Below are positions 62,397 to 64,000 of a DNA stretch of 64,000 nt, piece after piece. Every line of letters begins with the position of its first letter. Position 1 is the stretch's first letter. Source of the stretch: Diadema antillarum (Eukaryota); the NCBI RefSeq assembly GCF_040938485.1, contig NW_027271721.1, forward strand, positions 1,550,001 to 1,614,000, in the 5' to 3' direction. Below the pieces are notes generated by a model. The model was given only the letters and a program-made list of their open reading frames with translations. It did no database searches and had not been told where the DNA came from. The translations under genes and the position numbers were made by a program.

Positions 62397-63569
62397 GTAT
62401 ACATTATAATATATGGTATACTACAATATGCTGTTGTATGTGATGTTTATGTATGGCTCTCAGCCATTTTGTTACATTTTGAGACCATGGGCGGATTTAC
62501 CATTTGTTGTGGCCTGTCCTAGGAATCGTCATCGTCTTTGCTCGGTAAATAGATTTAAGTTTGAGCCCGCCTGAGGTATCTCCATGGAGCATTCATGATG
62601 CAGGATGTACGATTCAGAACCAGCTTGATCAGTGGCCATGTCCCCAAACCAAAACGCTTTCACTCTCACAGTCTGAGTCATGCATTCCAGAGCTTTGCCG
62701 TTCACCCATCTCTGCTATGCACACACAATGACTGCCAAGCAAAACCAAATCCACTTCATAAAAGGTCTGACATCTGGACCTGTGCTTCTAAATTTCATTC
62801 CTTTCTTCACTTCGGTGGAAAGTTTTTCTCTGTCGCTCTACCACTATGCATTATGTTCTCAGTCTAGAATGTGGTTATGGGGGAATTGTGTGCGTTGGAA
62901 AACAGCGTAAGTGGATTTATGAGAGGACCCGTTCTTGTTTATGAATATGACCTCTGATGCAGACATGATACTGGTTTGAAATCACATGAAAGATTACAGA
63001 CAATCAAAAATTAAGGAAATGGGGATGATTCTAAGACACAGTGATTTCACTGTATATGCTGTATATGAGTGCCTTCTTTCTCTCTGACTTTAGGTCGGCA
63101 CCTAATTGTTGAAATTCAAAAAAAGTATCTCACTTAAATGCCCAATCCACAGCATTTGTAGTCACATTCAATGTACATTTGTATAGGAGTAACCAAGACC
63201 TTAGCAGTGACAGGAAAATGTAAAAAAAAAAGAATTGATGGTTTCTAATATCTGATTAAATTGTTATAAAAGTTTTGTAACCATTTCTCAATATCAATAT
63301 TTGACAGAACAGTGTCAAGTGCTGTATTCTTGATACTTGTCATGATATTTGCATGGACTGCATGCTCTGTTATGCATAATGAACTTTTGTGATGAAGAAA
63401 TTTGTTTTCATGACAGACTATTTGCTGAGAATATGAAAGCTCAGGAAGAGTATTTAGGAATGCTTTTGAATTGGTGATGATTATCAAATACATCTTAAGT
63501 GAATATTTAACATATATATGACTGTACATAAATGATCTCTATGTACACTATCAAGACCTAAGTACAGTA

Positions 63570-63773
63570 CTGTAAAACGAGAAATGTTCGCGTGCATTTT
63601 AATTTCGCAAATTTCGCGAGAGCCAAGATTCGCGAAATTAAAATGCATGTGAAAGTTCTTGTCTACACTACACGCATTGAATTTTAGATTCAACTCACAA
63701 AAATTTCATGCCACGAAGGCTGTCTGCTCCAATTCGCAAAAATTTCATGCTGCGAAAATGTAGTGTTTTACAG
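63570..63773. mobile_element. ~205-bp Tc1/pogo-type MITE, opposite orientation to 59291-59497
   Basis: TA|CTGTAAAAC ... GTTTTACAG|TA; interior is a reverse-complement match to 59291-59497. Confidence 0.85.
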
Positions 63774-64000
63774 TAATGCAGCTTGAAGATATCTGTATTG
63801 GTCTCTGTTACTGGTACGTGCAGTCCTGAAATGATGTGGATAAGGTTCTTTTGCCACACTGCCAGTGCGCAGCAAGCTGTGAGATTAAAGTTTCTCGACC
63901 CAGACTTCGAGTGTGAAGTCAATAACTCCGAAGGCTAGAATGCATCCATTAAGCTCACTCACCCTCCGATGCACATCACAATGACTTTCATGCGCAGACA

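Overview
AT-rich eukaryotic genomic DNA rich in microsatellites and MITEs; the repeat style suggests a marine invertebrate (inference). It is probably mostly intron of a + strand host gene, of which only a few candidate exons are visible (best: 26567-26921). The main content is two young, related LTR retrotransposons on the - strand. Both have very short LTRs (151 and 149 bp) ending 5'-CG...CG-3' rather than TG...CA, 3-bp target-site duplications, a tRNA-Leu-type primer-binding site directly against the LTR, and a long U-rich 3' region. The 3-bp TSD matches the Gypsy-like 'Troyka' group as I recall it from Repbase. Element B (51711-58446) looks autonomous, with one intact 1652-aa Gag-PR-RT-RNaseH-IN ORF and an unusual LADD RT motif. 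Element A (32729-37360) has identical LTRs but no recognisable capsid, RT or integrase. It keeps an uninterrupted 742-aa ORF built around a protease homologue whose catalytic Asp is replaced by Arg, followed by acidic/Cys and 9-aa Pro/Ser repeat regions. This helper/satellite-like pair is the most novel-looking feature. The rest is non-autonomous DNA transposons (Kolobok-, piggyBac-, Tc1/pogo-, Harbinger- and Helentron-type), decayed LINE pieces, microsatellites and two N gaps. All family assignments come from reading the sequence by eye; no searches were run.
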